Positions 41,932 through 57,009 of a stretch of 64,000 nt of DNA are shown here, piece by piece. Both the position numbers and the translations under genes were made by a program. The stretch covers positions 6,882,001 through 6,946,000 of the forward strand of contig OZ024748.1 of assembly GCA_964016885.1 (NCBI GenBank). The letters run 5' to 3'. Position 1 is the first letter of the stretch. Each line of letters opens with the position of its first letter. Origin of the DNA: Eledone cirrhosa. Taxonomy: Eukaryota. The notes under the pieces are model-generated. The model saw only the letters and a program-made list of their open reading frames with translations. It did not search any database and was not told where the DNA came from.

Positions 41932-42271
41932 ATAGTAATAATAATGATGTTAATTATGATATTGGTTTTGGTAATTATTATTGAAATTATAAAGTGATAA
42001 GGATGATAATGCAGAGAAGGAGGAGGGGGAAGGGGGAGGACAGAGTAGGTGACGAAGGAGGAGTTAGGGGAGATTAGTGTGATGATGATGGATGTCTATG
42101 ATGTAAAGATGATGATGATTGGATATATTTCACCCTGAGAGATCTGGAGTTATGCATTATATTTATATATAATCTAATACACAAACAAGCAGCTACACAC
42201 AGATATACATTCACAAACACACACATACATATATATATATACACACATATATATATCAATGTTTATGTATG

Positions 42272-42409
<138 letters not shown>

Positions 42410-42443
42410 TATATATAGATATATAGATATAAATATGTATATA

Positions 42444-42543
<100 letters not shown>

Positions 42544-42544
42544 G

Positions 42545-42698
<154 letters not shown>

Positions 42699-42878
42699 GA
42701 ATCTATTTGAGTTAATAACAAATCAATGTGTTTTTCATTTCTTCTTGCGGTATGGCTCCACAGCTTGTATGTTTAAAATATTGAGACGATATTTTCATAT
42801 TTTATATGGAATTTTGTCACCTGAGCAATTTTGCATCCAAAATGTCCTACCCATGTCATATAATGTAAATTATGTACA

Positions 42879-42930
<52 letters not shown>

Positions 42931-43371
42931 GAGAGAGAGAGGGGGGGAGAGATGTGTATGTGTGTGTGAATACGGTTATGTTTATGGCGTTTTTTTATTT
43001 ATATATTTATGAATATTTCATTTTATTTATTGTTTATGTATCTTTATAAGTGAAATCTCTTCGAAATAGCAGCCAAGCAAATACAAACACCAAGGAACAA
43101 ATAAATAAATATATAAATAATGTTTTGACAATTTACTTAAAATTACGTAAGATTTTGTGCACTTAAATTCTAGCAATTGAAATTATTTTTCCTTATTATC
43201 ATTATTATTAACGTTATTATTATATTTATGTGTTTGTGAATTTGTATATTTGTTGATTTTGTTGTTTTCAATACTTTTATATTTCTTTTTAAAATATTTA
43301 TTTTATGCGAAATTTTAAATATATGTACTCTTGGGAAATATCATATACATCACACTATAGCCTTTATATAT

Positions 43372-43502
<131 letters not shown>

Positions 43503-43510
43503 TATATATT

Positions 43511-43546
<36 letters not shown>

Positions 43547-43630
43547 GATATAGATATATATATAGATATATGTATGTATGTATGTATATATATATCTATA
43601 ACTACATATGCGCATATTTGTACATACTTT

Positions 43631-43759
<129 letters not shown>

Positions 43760-44177
43760 TCTTAGATATAAAGAAAGCTTTTTTCCCTTTCTTAACATAT
43801 TAAATATGCAATTTTATAAGCACTTTTCTAATTGGTATGTATATCATATAAGTGTATATATCAAATATTTGAAAATATAATTATGAATTTATTTACTTAA
43901 GTACGTATGAATATGAATAAATAAATAGATAAATTAATATTTGTGTATATGTATGTATGTGTATGCGTATATGTGTATGTGTGTATGTGTACGCATATGT
44001 GTATGTGTGTATGTGTATGCAAACATGAATGTGTTTCTATGTCAATTGATGTTTTTTTTCACCTATAAACCAGTTGTTTATTTCTAAGAATAAGACGTTA
44101 TGTGTATCTATATATGCATTTATATTACACAAACATACACATACAAACATATATATATATATATAGATATATGTGTG

Positions 44178-44218
<41 letters not shown>

Positions 44219-44420
44219 ATATACATAAATGCATATACATATACATGCGTACATGCAAACATATACACATACTTATTTACATTCATTCATCTTTACACAC
44301 GCACACACACACACATATATATATATGATTATATTCACAAATGCATACACACAAAAATATAAATATAAACATATATATACATATCTATCTATTATCTATC
44401 AGTATACATACATATATTAA

Positions 44421-44465
<45 letters not shown>

Positions 44466-44646
44466 ACACATGCGGAACAAACGTAAACTACATGTATGCT
44501 TACAAGGAAAGGCATTTAAATGTACGTATGTGTGCGTGAGAGTGTGTGTGCGTGTTTGTGTGAGTGTGTGTATGTGTGTGTGTATCTGATCCCCTTCCAG
44601 TCCAGCTTGACCGCTGTTATTGCCCAAAACAATCTTACCAAATCAT

Positions 44647-44927
44647 AGGTGGATTGGCAGTATCGGTAGGGGGTCGGACGCCATGCTTTGCAGCACAGTT
44701 ACGTCCCTTTACTCACACCACTCAGTAAACTGCTGACCTTTTGCCTAAATTGAAATAATTATTGGTGTATTGGCAGTATCAGTGCATCATAGTTACGGCC
44801 CTTTACGTTCTGAGTTCAAATCCCGCCGAGGTTAACTTTGCCTTTCATCCTTACGGGGTCGATAAAATAAAATAGCAGTAATACACTGGGATAATTGCTG
44901 GCCTTGTGCCAAAAGTAGAAACGATTA
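44647..44927 (+). mobile_element. Two adjacent SINE copies, each internally deleted
   Basis: Heads start at 44647 and 44764. The second has a B-box, core and 3' end. Confidence 0.85.
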
Positions 44928-46002
44928 TCTCAGATGTATTCTTCCATTGTCAGGACTTTTAAATAACATTTGAGATAATGGTTGCGTCTTTGCAATGAGA
45001 TCACGGTATGTCGGATCCAATCGAAAATAAAGTATACTTTCACGAAAATTAAACTCATTAGCCCGACATTAATTGATTTCCCAATGTCGGGGTGGATTCG
45101 GGTGTTAAGCTACAAATATCGTTCAATTATTTCATCATATACTCGGATTATAATTAATATATTTTTCAAAAGCTGAACGGGAGAAAATCGTGGCCTCTGG
45201 AAGCTCTCCAAACATCCTTTGTATCTCTCTAACTACTTCGTATGCCAAGACCTCATATTCGTTTTGCTATGCATCGGTTTCCACTTAGATAGATTGGTAA
45301 CTTATGAAGTGACTAGACGTCATTTGTGTGTCTTTAATAAATGGTCAAACGCCTCCCTGTATCACTCACATACTTTTAAAGATCATACACTAATATACGT
45401 TTATTTGTCTTTTAACAATATGTGGAAATAGACTTTAGCCATTTAATTTTGTAATCACTAAATACAAATCATGTTTATTTTAAAATACAAGGGCAAGGTT
45501 TCGAGAGGTTATTCTTTCTTAAATTATCGTCAATGAAACGTAAAACTTTCTCACGGCGTCTCTCATACTTCTTGAAGAAATAACAATAAAAACATCGACT
45601 AATATGGTATATTTCCATCTAACGCCATTAGGGAACTGATTAGTGGTTTAATGTTGGTATCATGTTATAATAAGTCTAATTATCAAACATAAACTGTAGT
45701 TAACTCTTGGTGATTTCGTCTGATAAAATGTTTCGACGACCGACTACCGAAGAAACAACACCATGCGTTCGGCTGAACCCCTGTATCACGAACAGAAAAT
45801 CTTTTTTTGAGGAAGATTTTGGATTTTTATCAATTTAAAGGTGTTGTTTTGAGGGACTTTAATTGCTTTCAAGATTTAGTAGGTTTTGCCGTCTGAAGAG
45901 TCCAGAATATCATAACTGATAGTCTGCAGTGAATTATGTATAAGAGACTTTTAAATAAACCTGAGTCAAAAGATTATGGCCTCAGATCTTTTAATAATAT
46001 AT

Positions 46003-46077
46003 CAGGGTGTCCCAAAAAATGTATATACACTTCAATAGCATTCTCATAAAAGTGTGAGTACATTTGTCTGAACACTC

Positions 46078-46079
<2 letters not shown>
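46003..46079. mobile_element. Tc1/mariner-type mini-MITE copy
   Basis: Collinear with 11922-11997. The right TIR is decayed. Confidence 0.8.
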
Positions 46080-46124
<45 letters not shown>

Positions 46125-46482
46125 CGCAGGAGAGAGGTGCAATTATGTACGTAGCTATATACGTATATTTATCTGGATATATATATGTATACACCAACAT
46201 ATAGATGTACTTATTTATATATATATATATGTGTGTGTATATATAAATGTACACGAATACACAATATATTTGCATCATTGCAATCTAAAGTTACATCTTC
46301 ACGAAGAGAAACTTTAAACTTCTGAAATAATTCTCTGATGAAACTTATTGAATTGTCTGTGTATCTATTTGAATTACAAAGTAAGACATTATATAAGTGA
46401 TTAATGGACCAACATAGGTATGTACAATTATATATATGCATATATACGTGTGTGTATGTGCGTATATACATATAATTATAGC

Positions 46483-46521
<39 letters not shown>

Positions 46522-46780
46522 TTGTGTGTGTAAATACATATGTATTGTGTGTGCATATATCTACATATCTATGTACGTCAAAGTATATATATATATATGT
46601 AAATATACATGTATGTATATATATATATATATATTGGGTTGCGTGTGTTTGCTTGCCTGTGGCTGTAGGTACATGTGTATACAATTAATACATTTACCTT
46701 CATAAGCATTCCTATGATTTCAACTTAAACAGATAAAAACATAAAAAGACAAATATATTTATTCTTTTTATATTAACATA

Positions 46781-46894
<114 letters not shown>

Positions 46895-47041
46895 GAGAGA
46901 GAGAGAGTCAGAGAGAGAGAGGGGGGGGTATATATAGATATAAATGTTTGTATATGTGCATATATGTATGTGCGTACATACCTGTCTTACTATATGAATT
47001 TATGCATTTACATACATATTTGTTGCTCTGAAAGTATATGC

Positions 47042-47072
<31 letters not shown>

Positions 47073-47614
47073 GACAGAATGAGAGAGAGAGAGTGGAGAG
47101 AAAGAGACATTTTGCATCGTGTGGAGAGGAATATAACCTCCTTTAGCCAAACAGAATGTAAGATTGTCATTTGTAATTAGTTTTTACTGGTAGAAGACAC
47201 GTGAGACACAGTACCATACAGCAGAAAAATGTGGTACTTCTCGTCTCTTATCGCTACTTCTGGCATTACATTAACAATTACATTGACTGTTTCTTGTTTC
47301 AATGCCAGAGATGTGTTTATTTCTTTGCTAAGGTCTCATGTATCGATTTCTTTCGCCAAAATGTTTATTAGAAGCCAGCGACTAGCCTCCAAGGGTATTA
47401 GATACATAGGTAATAAAGATCATCTTGTTTAAAATAAGAAAAAGAAATTCGTAACTTTGTAATAGAAAGAATAGCTAAAGTGTATATATTGGTGGTTGGT
47501 GAGATATATTGTCTTGAGACATAGGCTGCACACACGAAAGCAACCAGTTATGTATGTATACCGTTTGTATTATGCTCGCATATACACTTATATATATATA
47601 TTGGGTATTTGTGT

Positions 47615-47717
<103 letters not shown>

Positions 47718-47768
47718 ATATATATATTTATATATAGATACACACACACATACATATATATATACATC

Positions 47769-47830
47769 AAGGGCGGTGCCCCAGCATGGCCTCAGCCGGA
47801 TGGCTGAAACAGGTAAAAGAGTAAAAGAGT
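47769..47830 (+). mobile_element. 3' fragment of another octopod SINE-like repeat
   Basis: AAGGGCGGTGCCCCAGCATGGCC.CAG....ATG.CTGAAACAGGTAAAAGAGTAAAAGAGT with a tandem tail, sitting in (TA)n. Recognised from memory of octopus repeats, not from a search. Confidence 0.5.
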
Positions 47831-47842
47831 ATATATATATAC

Positions 47843-47890
<48 letters not shown>

Positions 47891-49505
47891 ATATGGGACC
47901 ATGCAAGAGAAAAGGCAGGTAAAATCGAAGACAATCGAAGTCATTTAGAAAATGATAGTTGTAGACACAAAGGATATATTTTTAATAATTTATAAGTTTT
48001 TCTGTTTTACACATCAGTTACTTTAGCATTCAGGTTCCTCTAAGGATGTCATGTAGCTGGCATAATTGAGCATTTTCCTATCCTTTTTTTTAAATTCCTG
48101 TCCCCTTTGTTCATTCTCAGATATTCTTAGTGAAACCTACAGTAAAGAAAATTACCTTTCAGGAAACGAATGTTTGCTTCAATGTCAATAAATACGCGGA
48201 CCAACTATTGACCAGAACCATAAAAAATAGCCGTAACTGGACATTTAGAGCAAAGATGAGAAGAGCCATGCTATCCGTGAGGAAATCCACAAAGTAAGCC
48301 ATCATGTGTTTATAGATTGATCCTAAATGAGTGATTTTGGCCGGTTGTTCTATGACACACGTCGGAGTTAATTAAACTCTGGCTGGGTTGTCTGTGTAAG
48401 AGTGTGTGAGCTTGAAAGACCCGAAACACCGACTGAACCCAGATCACATCACTGAAGATGCATTACAGTTGATCTAAGTGGATTATAATTAATAGTTCAG
48501 GAAATCAAGTAAAGTTACCCCGAAGACGAGAAGAGGTGGACAGGTGCGCCTGTTTTTCTGACGCCGGTGAGATTTATCAAATTTTCTCAACTAAATTTAT
48601 AGTATTGACTTTTATTATAGTCAGTTACGTTAGGAAGATTACAAATTTCATATTTCCCAATGTTCCTTAAGTTAATCGGATGTTATATATATATATGTGT
48701 GTGTGTGTGTGTAAAGAGAGAGATAGAGAGAGAGGGGCTGAGAAGAGAGATGGAGAGCGATAGAGAGAGAGAATACATATGTGGAAGAGAAAATTGACAT
48801 TGAAGGATTTATAGATTGAAGACAACCTCGTTGTCTATCTCACTGGCAGTTCCATCTTTAAATGTCTGTGTCTTCTTCTCACTCCACTACGTCCTCTCTC
48901 TCTCTCTCTCTCTCTATCTCACATACACAATCTCTCACTCACCCTCTCACATCCACTCTCTTTCTCTTTCTCTTTCTCTTTCTCTCTCTGCCTCTGTCTC
49001 TCTCTCTTTATTTATAGCTGTCAAACCAACGAATGTAATGTAAATCTTCCTTGTATTGTGAAATTAGTCTTCAAATCGTAAAATCTAAACACCACCTCCC
49101 TCTCACACACACCCTCTCCTTCTCCTCCTACCACTCTACGTCGCACTTTCACTCTTCCCTTCTCCCTCTTCTCCTACCCCTGTCCCACCCCTCATTACCT
49201 CATCCCCTCTATTTTTCTTTTAATTCATTATTTTTTTAGTAAACTTCATTTTTAATTATTTTATGTATTGTATTTTTGTTGTTGTTTTAGTACACGTTAG
49301 TTTTTTTCTTTTGTGAGGTGTATTGTTATTTTTGTTTTGTTTTCAACTATATAAACATTTGAAAAAATCAGATTTAACGTTTGACCTCAGCAATCGATTC
49401 GATTATCGATAATCGTTGTATGAGGAGAAAGTCAAATAAAATTCAGGTTTTTTATATCTAAATATAATGTTTTATTTTTGTTTTTTTCGAAGCAGTCACA
49501 CACAT

Positions 49506-49548
<43 letters not shown>

Positions 49549-49563
49549 CATACATATATATAT

Positions 49564-49662
49564 ATATCTTGCTGCGTATAGTATATATATATATATATAT
49601 ATATATAGAAAGATTTGAATGGATACAGTTTAGTTGAAAGGAAAACACAACGGAAAATACTG

Positions 49663-49694
<32 letters not shown>

Positions 49695-49714
49695 TACTAT
49701 ACGCAGCAAGATAT
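49564..49714. repeat. Inverted repeat around (TA)n with a later internal insert
   Basis: ATATCTTGCTGCGTATAGTATATA / TATATACTATACGCAGCAAGATAT. Confidence 0.85.
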
Positions 49715-50087
49715 GGTACTGTGTCAGTGAATAAGAGAATTAGTCGCAGAAAAAAAAGTTCAATTGTGAAAACATTCTCTCATGTAGAAAGAAAAGAAAA
49801 TTCATTCCTTCTACTGGACTGAATCTGTAATAATTGCGTTGTATATTTTACAAATGATGTTAACTACATTGTATTTTTCTACCAACAATAACATGTCACG
49901 TGTCATTTCCTGTACAGATCTAGTTAGCCATGTTTTTTAGCATTCAAGCAGATTTCTATAGTTTAGTAGTTCTTGTTGTGGCTATTTTATTGTTGTTGTG
50001 GCTATATTTGTTGTTTTTGTTGTTGCTGTAGTTGTCTTCAGTCGTGTTGTTGTTATCATGGTTCTGTTGTTGTTATTGATTTGTTTC

Positions 50088-50118
<31 letters not shown>

Positions 50119-50352
50119 CCATCTTGTTATTGTTTTTGTTTGTTTGTTTTCATTTTGTTTTATTGTTTTATCTGGTGTGTTTGTATATGTGTTTTATTTT
50201 ATTTTTATGTGATTGTTTGTCAATTGATAGTATATATTGTAATAGTGAGTATATATAGTGTATATAGTGTATATAGTGTAATGTTTCTTATGTTTAGTGT
50301 GTATATTTCGTAATGATGATTGTATTTAGTGTATATATATACATATAATATT

Positions 50353-50412
<60 letters not shown>

Positions 50413-50737
50413 GTATAATATGAGAGTGTTTAGTAATGGACCACTTGCCCTCCTCCTAGTATGGAGAGCAAACTGATAGAGTTATCGACCCTATTGATTG
50501 CTGTGTATAACTTCAACAGGGAACCAATAATTTGGCAATTATAAGTTATAATTAGTGTAAATTTGGGAGGGAAAGAATTATGTCGATTCAATTGAGTACA
50601 GTAATTGCCCTTGTTTGTATTTTATAGATTTTTAAACGATAGACAGTAGATATCGGACATAACGGGTATTGAACTCACGATATAAAGAAATGTTAGTTAA
50701 TATCACAATTTAAAAGCGTAAAGTGCCGGGACAATTA

Positions 50738-51263
50738 CATCTTTTCATCCTTAAGGGGTCGATGAAATGAAGTACCAGTCATGTACTGGAGCCTGAAACA
50801 GAAATCATCATCATCACCTCCAACATCAACATCATAAATATTATCATTATTATTAATAATTATAGTAGTAGTTGCTGTTGTTATATATTATTATTGAGTT
50901 CAAATCCCGCCGAGGTTAACTTTGCCTTTCATCCTTACAGGATCGATAAAATAAAGTACCAGTAATACACTGGGATAATTGCTCGCCTTGTGCCAAATGT
51001 AGAAACAATTATTATAATCATTATTATTATTTGAGGAAGGGCAGGGCGGTGGATTGTCAGTATCGGTGGAGCGTCGAACACCTTGCTTCTCGGCATAGAG
51101 TTACGGCCCTTTATGTTCTGAGTTCAAATCTCACCGAAGTTAGCTTTGCATTTGATCCTTACGGGGTCGATAAAATAATGTACCAGTAATGCACTGGGGT
51201 CTATTTACTCAACTTCCCCTCTCACAAAATTGTTGGCCTTGTGCCTACATCAGAACCAATATT
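50738..51263 (+). mobile_element. SINE cluster: core fragment 50738-50815, truncated copy 50896-51030, long variant 51044-51263
   Basis: Three CATCCTTA.GGG.TCGAT.AAAT..GTACCAGT cores. Confidence 0.87.
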
Positions 51264-51486
51264 CTCAGACACACATTGTTATACAAACTGCCAATAAGTA
51301 TCTCAGTTTTACCATTTACTCAGACATTCTCTCTGTCTTCTCATCTAACCATTCTGTTTCCATGTAATCTATACATAGCTATCGACTCTACTTAAAATAT
51401 AATCCTTCATTCAGTTCGCCAAGTATGACCAATATGCAATTTATTTTCATAACTTGAAAAAAAAATGTGTTGAATACACACACAGA

Positions 51487-51519
<33 letters not shown>

Positions 51520-51615
51520 GCGCGCGTGCGCGCAGAGACGCACGCACACATATACGCGCAAATATATATGTGTGTGTGTTTGTGTGGATATATAGTGATT
51601 GTTACGTCCACTTAC

Positions 51616-51713
<98 letters not shown>

Positions 51714-51714
51714 A

Positions 51715-51810
<96 letters not shown>

Positions 51811-51842
51811 ATATATATATATATATTTGTGTGTGTGTGAGC

Positions 51843-51875
<33 letters not shown>

Positions 51876-52186
51876 CATGTATGTATGTGTGTGTATTTGT
51901 TAAATCTGCATTCACATTATTTATTGAGCTTTTAATCATACAATCGATTCTCTTCTAATCCGTCCAACTTACTATGTTTTGATTTATTCCTTTAATCTGT
52001 TAATATCCTAAACTTATAATCTATCTTCTCTATCATTCATTATTATCATCGTCAGCAACATAATGAAGAATTCAACCAAATTTCTTGAAGGACACCCGAT
52101 CTAATATATCTACTCCATCTGCCTGTTCTTCCAGTTTCTGTAGAATTAGATGTTGTATAATTATCTATCTATCTATCTATCTATCT

Positions 52187-52324
52187 ATGGGAAAAGAGTC
52201 AGGAACCCGACGGCTGAGCTCCGTCGGGGTCCTGACTCTTTTCCTATTACCCACTCTGCTACCCTAAGTATCGAGTACTCTGGTGCGTTATGGTCCACCT
52301 GGCGTCATACCACACTTTCTTTGT
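52187..52324 (+). mobile_element. Family F1 copy with shorter fold-back hairpin
   Basis: GAAAAGAGTCAGGAACCCGACGG ctgagct CCGTCGGGGTCCTGACTCTTTTC, then the F1 3' half. Flanked by (TATC)n. Confidence 0.85.
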
Positions 52325-52346
52325 ATCTATCTATCTATCTATCTAT

Positions 52347-52477
<131 letters not shown>

Positions 52478-53326
52478 ATTGAGCAATATTGCTTGTGTAG
52501 TAAGCTTTCATTCTATTAGATTTCGTTGAAAATTCAGATAGGAAACAGACTTATATGTATATATTGAACAAGAAGAACGAAAGGCGAGCGTTAGTGCTTA
52601 ATTACTTCATTGTTTTACGATCGTTCCAGTACGTTGTTTGGTCATGATAAATCAATAGAGAGAATAATCGATAGTAACTCCATATAATTAGTCTTGATAT
52701 TATAGATCCATCTCACTGTCTTCGTCAGGCTACCAAATCCTGCTTAAGTTATCTTTTCAGGACTCAAATGAGGTCTCATTTGTAAACTTTTGAATCAGCT
52801 ATACTCCTCTGATGAGGTCTGTTCCCTTGTCGCCATGTTAAAAAGAAAGGCCTACATTTAACGCTATGAGGGAAAGATTAAATGAAACCTCGTTATGATG
52901 GAAAGATTAAATAAAAAACAAATAAAAACGCCACAAACAACAAACAGTTTCAACTTTTTTAATGACTATAAATATTTATAGTATTACAGGAATTCTTTTC
53001 AGCCAGAGGCTCTTTGATATTGTAAGACAAGGGCTCCCATTCAATTGTTAACAGATCTGAAATATAAAGAATACGATATATTTATATCTGATAGGCCATG
53101 TTATTTTAAGTTTAAAGTAATCACAATAACATAATATTACACTGAAAGATGTTTCTTTTTTTTTCATGAAATAGCACTTTATCATTTTAACGAAGGTAGA
53201 AGCCATATTAGATAAGGGATAGTCCTAGATATGTCTAAATGAACAAGGCTTGAATGATTTGACTATACATTTTCTCCATAATGCCTAATACGGAGACTAA
53301 ATAAAAACAGTGATAGCAACACCAAC

Positions 53327-53442
53327 AACATTAAAAGACCCAATTCAATAACAGGAACATTAAAAGACCCAATTCAATAACAGGTAGATTCAAAGACCCA
53401 ATTTAATAACAGGTAGATTAAAAGACCCAATTCAATAAGAGC
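53327..53442. repeat. 29-bp minisatellite x4
   Basis: (A/T)A(C/G)ATT(A/C)AAAGACCCAATT(C/T)AATAACAGG at 53327, 53356, 53385 and 53414. Confidence 0.95.
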
Positions 53443-54162
53443 AACATTAACATTAAAAATAACAACCAGATTTCTTAAAATTTAGAAACAATAATGATAA
53501 AAACGACTATATGTTCATTAAATGATCAAAATTTATTTCTGAAATATTCACCACTTTTACTTCTCTATATATTCCCCAGGGTGGATATATTCACCAGATC
53601 TGAACCAATAACAAAAATTAAAACTGAAGTAAACAAACCAGATGAAGTATACGTTAGTTAGATTAATCAATTTAGAAATGTGTAATTAAAACTTTCCTAA
53701 AAAGTACTGAAGTGTTGCTTAGTATGTCAGATGTAAAAAAAGTTCAATAACCAACAATATTTGTTAACCAAATTAAATGACCGAATCAAGATGGGAGGGG
53801 AGGAGTTTTATTTCTACCTATAAATAAACATAATGCACTGTTATGTTTGTTTGTTTGTAGTTAGTGACTTTGAAGTGGAATATCTCACAGATGTTTAAAT
53901 GACTGAAACCATACTGCATTTCAAGTTAGTTGACTAAATCCGTTGTAATGTATTTCTAATCAGGCGTACATTTCTCTCTCTCTCCCTCTCTATCACACAC
54001 TCTCTTTCGCCCCCTATGTATATATATATAAATCTCCCCATCTCTCTCGCTCTCGCTCTCTCTCTCTCTCTCTCAATTTCTCTCTGAATCTATCTCACTC
54101 CCTCTCTATCACACACACTCTCTCTCTCTCATTGTATATATATATATATACATCTCTCCACT

Positions 54163-54208
<46 letters not shown>

Positions 54209-54998
54209 GCCTGTCTTCTGTATATGCATACTTATGTATATATGAGTATTGTATGTTTCTGTATGTATACATGATTATAAATATATATCTTGCATACATA
54301 CATTCATACAACAAATATACATACATACACACACACATATAAATACTCACATACATACATACATAAATACATACATACATACACACATACATACGCACAT
54401 ACATACATACATACATAAATACATACATACACACATACATACATACACACACATACATACATACATACATACATACATACATACATACATACATACATAC
54501 ATACATACATACATACATACATACATACATACATACAATCATAGAGACATTTGTTTAGTCAAGTACTAATTTTCCTGTCATTTGACATCGTTTTGGGCGA
54601 TATATGTAAATCAAAAAACAAAATCAAGCATAAAAATATTTTAGTGATCAAAATAAATTATAAATATATTTAGAAAAAACGACGAAAAACGTAAAAAAAA
54701 ATGGTTTGTTAATTGATTCGTAATGTAAATGTTATGTATACAAGGACATTGGTATTACTGTTTGATGAGACGCCAGAAAACAGTGTTTTTGTATGTTTGT
54801 ATCACTAGGAAGTTTAGTGCCAATAGCTGTAAGGAGTTTGGAGAAGTAGACAGCATTGCCAGTCACGTTTCCGGTCAAACTATATAGATATATAGATATA
54901 TAGATATATAAATATATAGATATATAAAGTATACTGTGAGAACATACATTTATTATATATATATATATACATACACACACAAATATATATATACATAC

Positions 54999-55058
<60 letters not shown>

Positions 55059-55069
55059 ATATAAGATCA

Positions 55070-55225
55070 AAATATGGTTAAAAGAGTTCTATGTATTTTA
55101 TTATGCGCATTTCAAAAACAAATATCATATGGGATGATATTTGCGTTCTCGTCAGATAATATAGGGAGACATGATATGAAGCTTAAAAAACACTCGCGAG
55201 CAGTGAAGAGTGAAGTGAATCAACA
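55070..55225 (-). mobile_element. Family F5 copy (hammerhead-bearing), between microsatellites
   Basis: Collinear with 61075-61228. Confidence 0.8.
55098..55159 (-). ncRNA. Type I hammerhead ribozyme motif, palindromic stem III
   Basis: Minus strand: TTAT-CTGACGA-GAACGCAAATATCAT cccat ATGATATTTGTTTTT-GAAA-TGCGCA-TA-ATAA. Confidence 0.8.
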
Positions 55226-55238
55226 TATATATATATAC

Positions 55239-55324
<86 letters not shown>

Positions 55325-55359
55325 GGGAGACTCATTTTTTCCACGGTGAACCGTAGCAA

Positions 55360-55436
55360 GGTGAAATAACGCATCGCACAATGATACGAGAATCGAACTC
55401 ACAATCTCATCATTAAAAGCCCAACGCTCTAACCAT
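55360..55436 (-). mobile_element. Fragment of a further tRNA-derived SINE head
   Basis: The minus strand reads TGGTTAGAGCGTTGGGCTTT...GAGTTCGATTCTC (A/B-box-like). Confidence 0.55.
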
Positions 55437-55954
55437 ATATGAATATATATATATATATATATACATACTCAAATAAGCACACACCCTAATTATATATACA
55501 TTCATACATACATAATGGAACACCTATTTAATTTTTTGATGTCCCGAAGTGGTGTGCCAAACGTGCCAGGCTTACCAGATATATAACCATAGACAATGAG
55601 AAAATGTCCATTTTAGTAGATTAGTAGTTTACATTAGAGAAAGCATATAGTTTATGTCGCTTATTGATATTTCTAATATATATGTTATATTTCCAGAATA
55701 TCTAAGATATAATTATATAAATGTTCAACATATATGAACAAATGACATACAGAATTCAAAGTATGGGTAATTTTCGAAAATATCTCTTTGAAAGTAGGGT
55801 TAGAAGAGTAATTATTATAATTTGAAAAACATGAACGTCTTTTTATAGTAACAAGACTGGGATAGGAAATGGTGGTGTGTGTATGTGTGAATGTGTATAA
55901 ATTTTAAAGAGTTGCAGAGATATATAATAAGAATATATATACGAACACTGGTAG

Positions 55955-56050
<96 letters not shown>

Positions 56051-56253
56051 TATACACATCTATGTATACAGTGTCGGACTAGGTCTAAAAATATTGGTTG
56101 GCAGGAGATGAAGGGGGCCCACCTACATATAGAATGCTATTATTTAATTTTTATAATGAATAAATAACATTATCGAAAAATGCATAAGTGGAAACAAAAC
56201 AGTGCAATCAAATTTTCGAGGAAAAATATCTTACCTTCTCCAATAATGACCAA

Positions 56254-56707
56254 AAGTCGACCCTAAATATTACTAATAGCTCTAGGAAATCCATGAACGA
56301 CACCACATCTTTTTAACCTTGATTTTGAAAGTAGGTTTATAATTATCAATTTTCCTAATACTTTCGTAGATGTCTCGCTGGCCTAGTGGTAGGAATCATA
56401 GAGGGTGATGATCCTGTCCTGAAGTTCGATCCTGGTCAGGACAAAGTTTCCCAGTAAAACTTTTCAGTTTTTGTCTATGGGTTGTAAAATAAAAACTGAA
56501 AAAGGTTACATGTATCTCTTAACCAGAATTGAGACCAAGACCAGGATCTCCACCGTCTCAAGTCTCTACCACTAGGCCACTAAGACAACTACGAAAATCT
56601 TATGAAAATTCCTACTTATAAACCTACTTTCAAAATTTTCAAAGCAAAGTCTTGTGGTGTCGTTCATGTTTTTTTTTTATGTTATTTCTCTTACTTAAGG
56701 TCGACTT
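56254..56707. mobile_element. Degenerate ~450-bp palindrome containing two convergent tRNA-like units
   Basis: Paired blocks: 56254-62/56699-707, 56292-307/56653-68, 56322-42/56616-36, 56362-91/56566-96 and 56461-72/56491-502. A-box TGGCCTAGTGG is on both strands. B-box GTTCGATCC is at 56424. Confidence 0.8.
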
Positions 56708-56840
56708 CTAAATCATTGGGTGTTCCATAAACTACATCCTCATTTTGTTTCACATCTATCTAAACTATATTTTAACGTGTAATCCATGTTTCATTTCTGT
56801 TGCACCTCATTTCTCCAACGCCCACCCACACCTCTTTCTC

Positions 56841-56967
<127 letters not shown>

Positions 56968-57009
56968 GTGTGTATATATTTATGTATATATAAGTATATA
57001 CATGTATAT

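Noticed and set aside
47200-47400. Minus-strand DLSKEINTSLAL...IFLLYG resembling an RTE RT C-terminus (weaker hints at 39700-39880 and 60800-60910)
   Set aside because: Too short and degenerate to call without an alignment.
48340-48575. Possible host exon ending at CCG|GTGAG
   Set aside because: No supporting ORF, acceptor site or homology. A splice-like motif alone is not evidence.
52808-52860. CTGATGA followed by a possible stem
   Set aside because: No correctly placed GAAA/NUH. Likely a chance heptamer.
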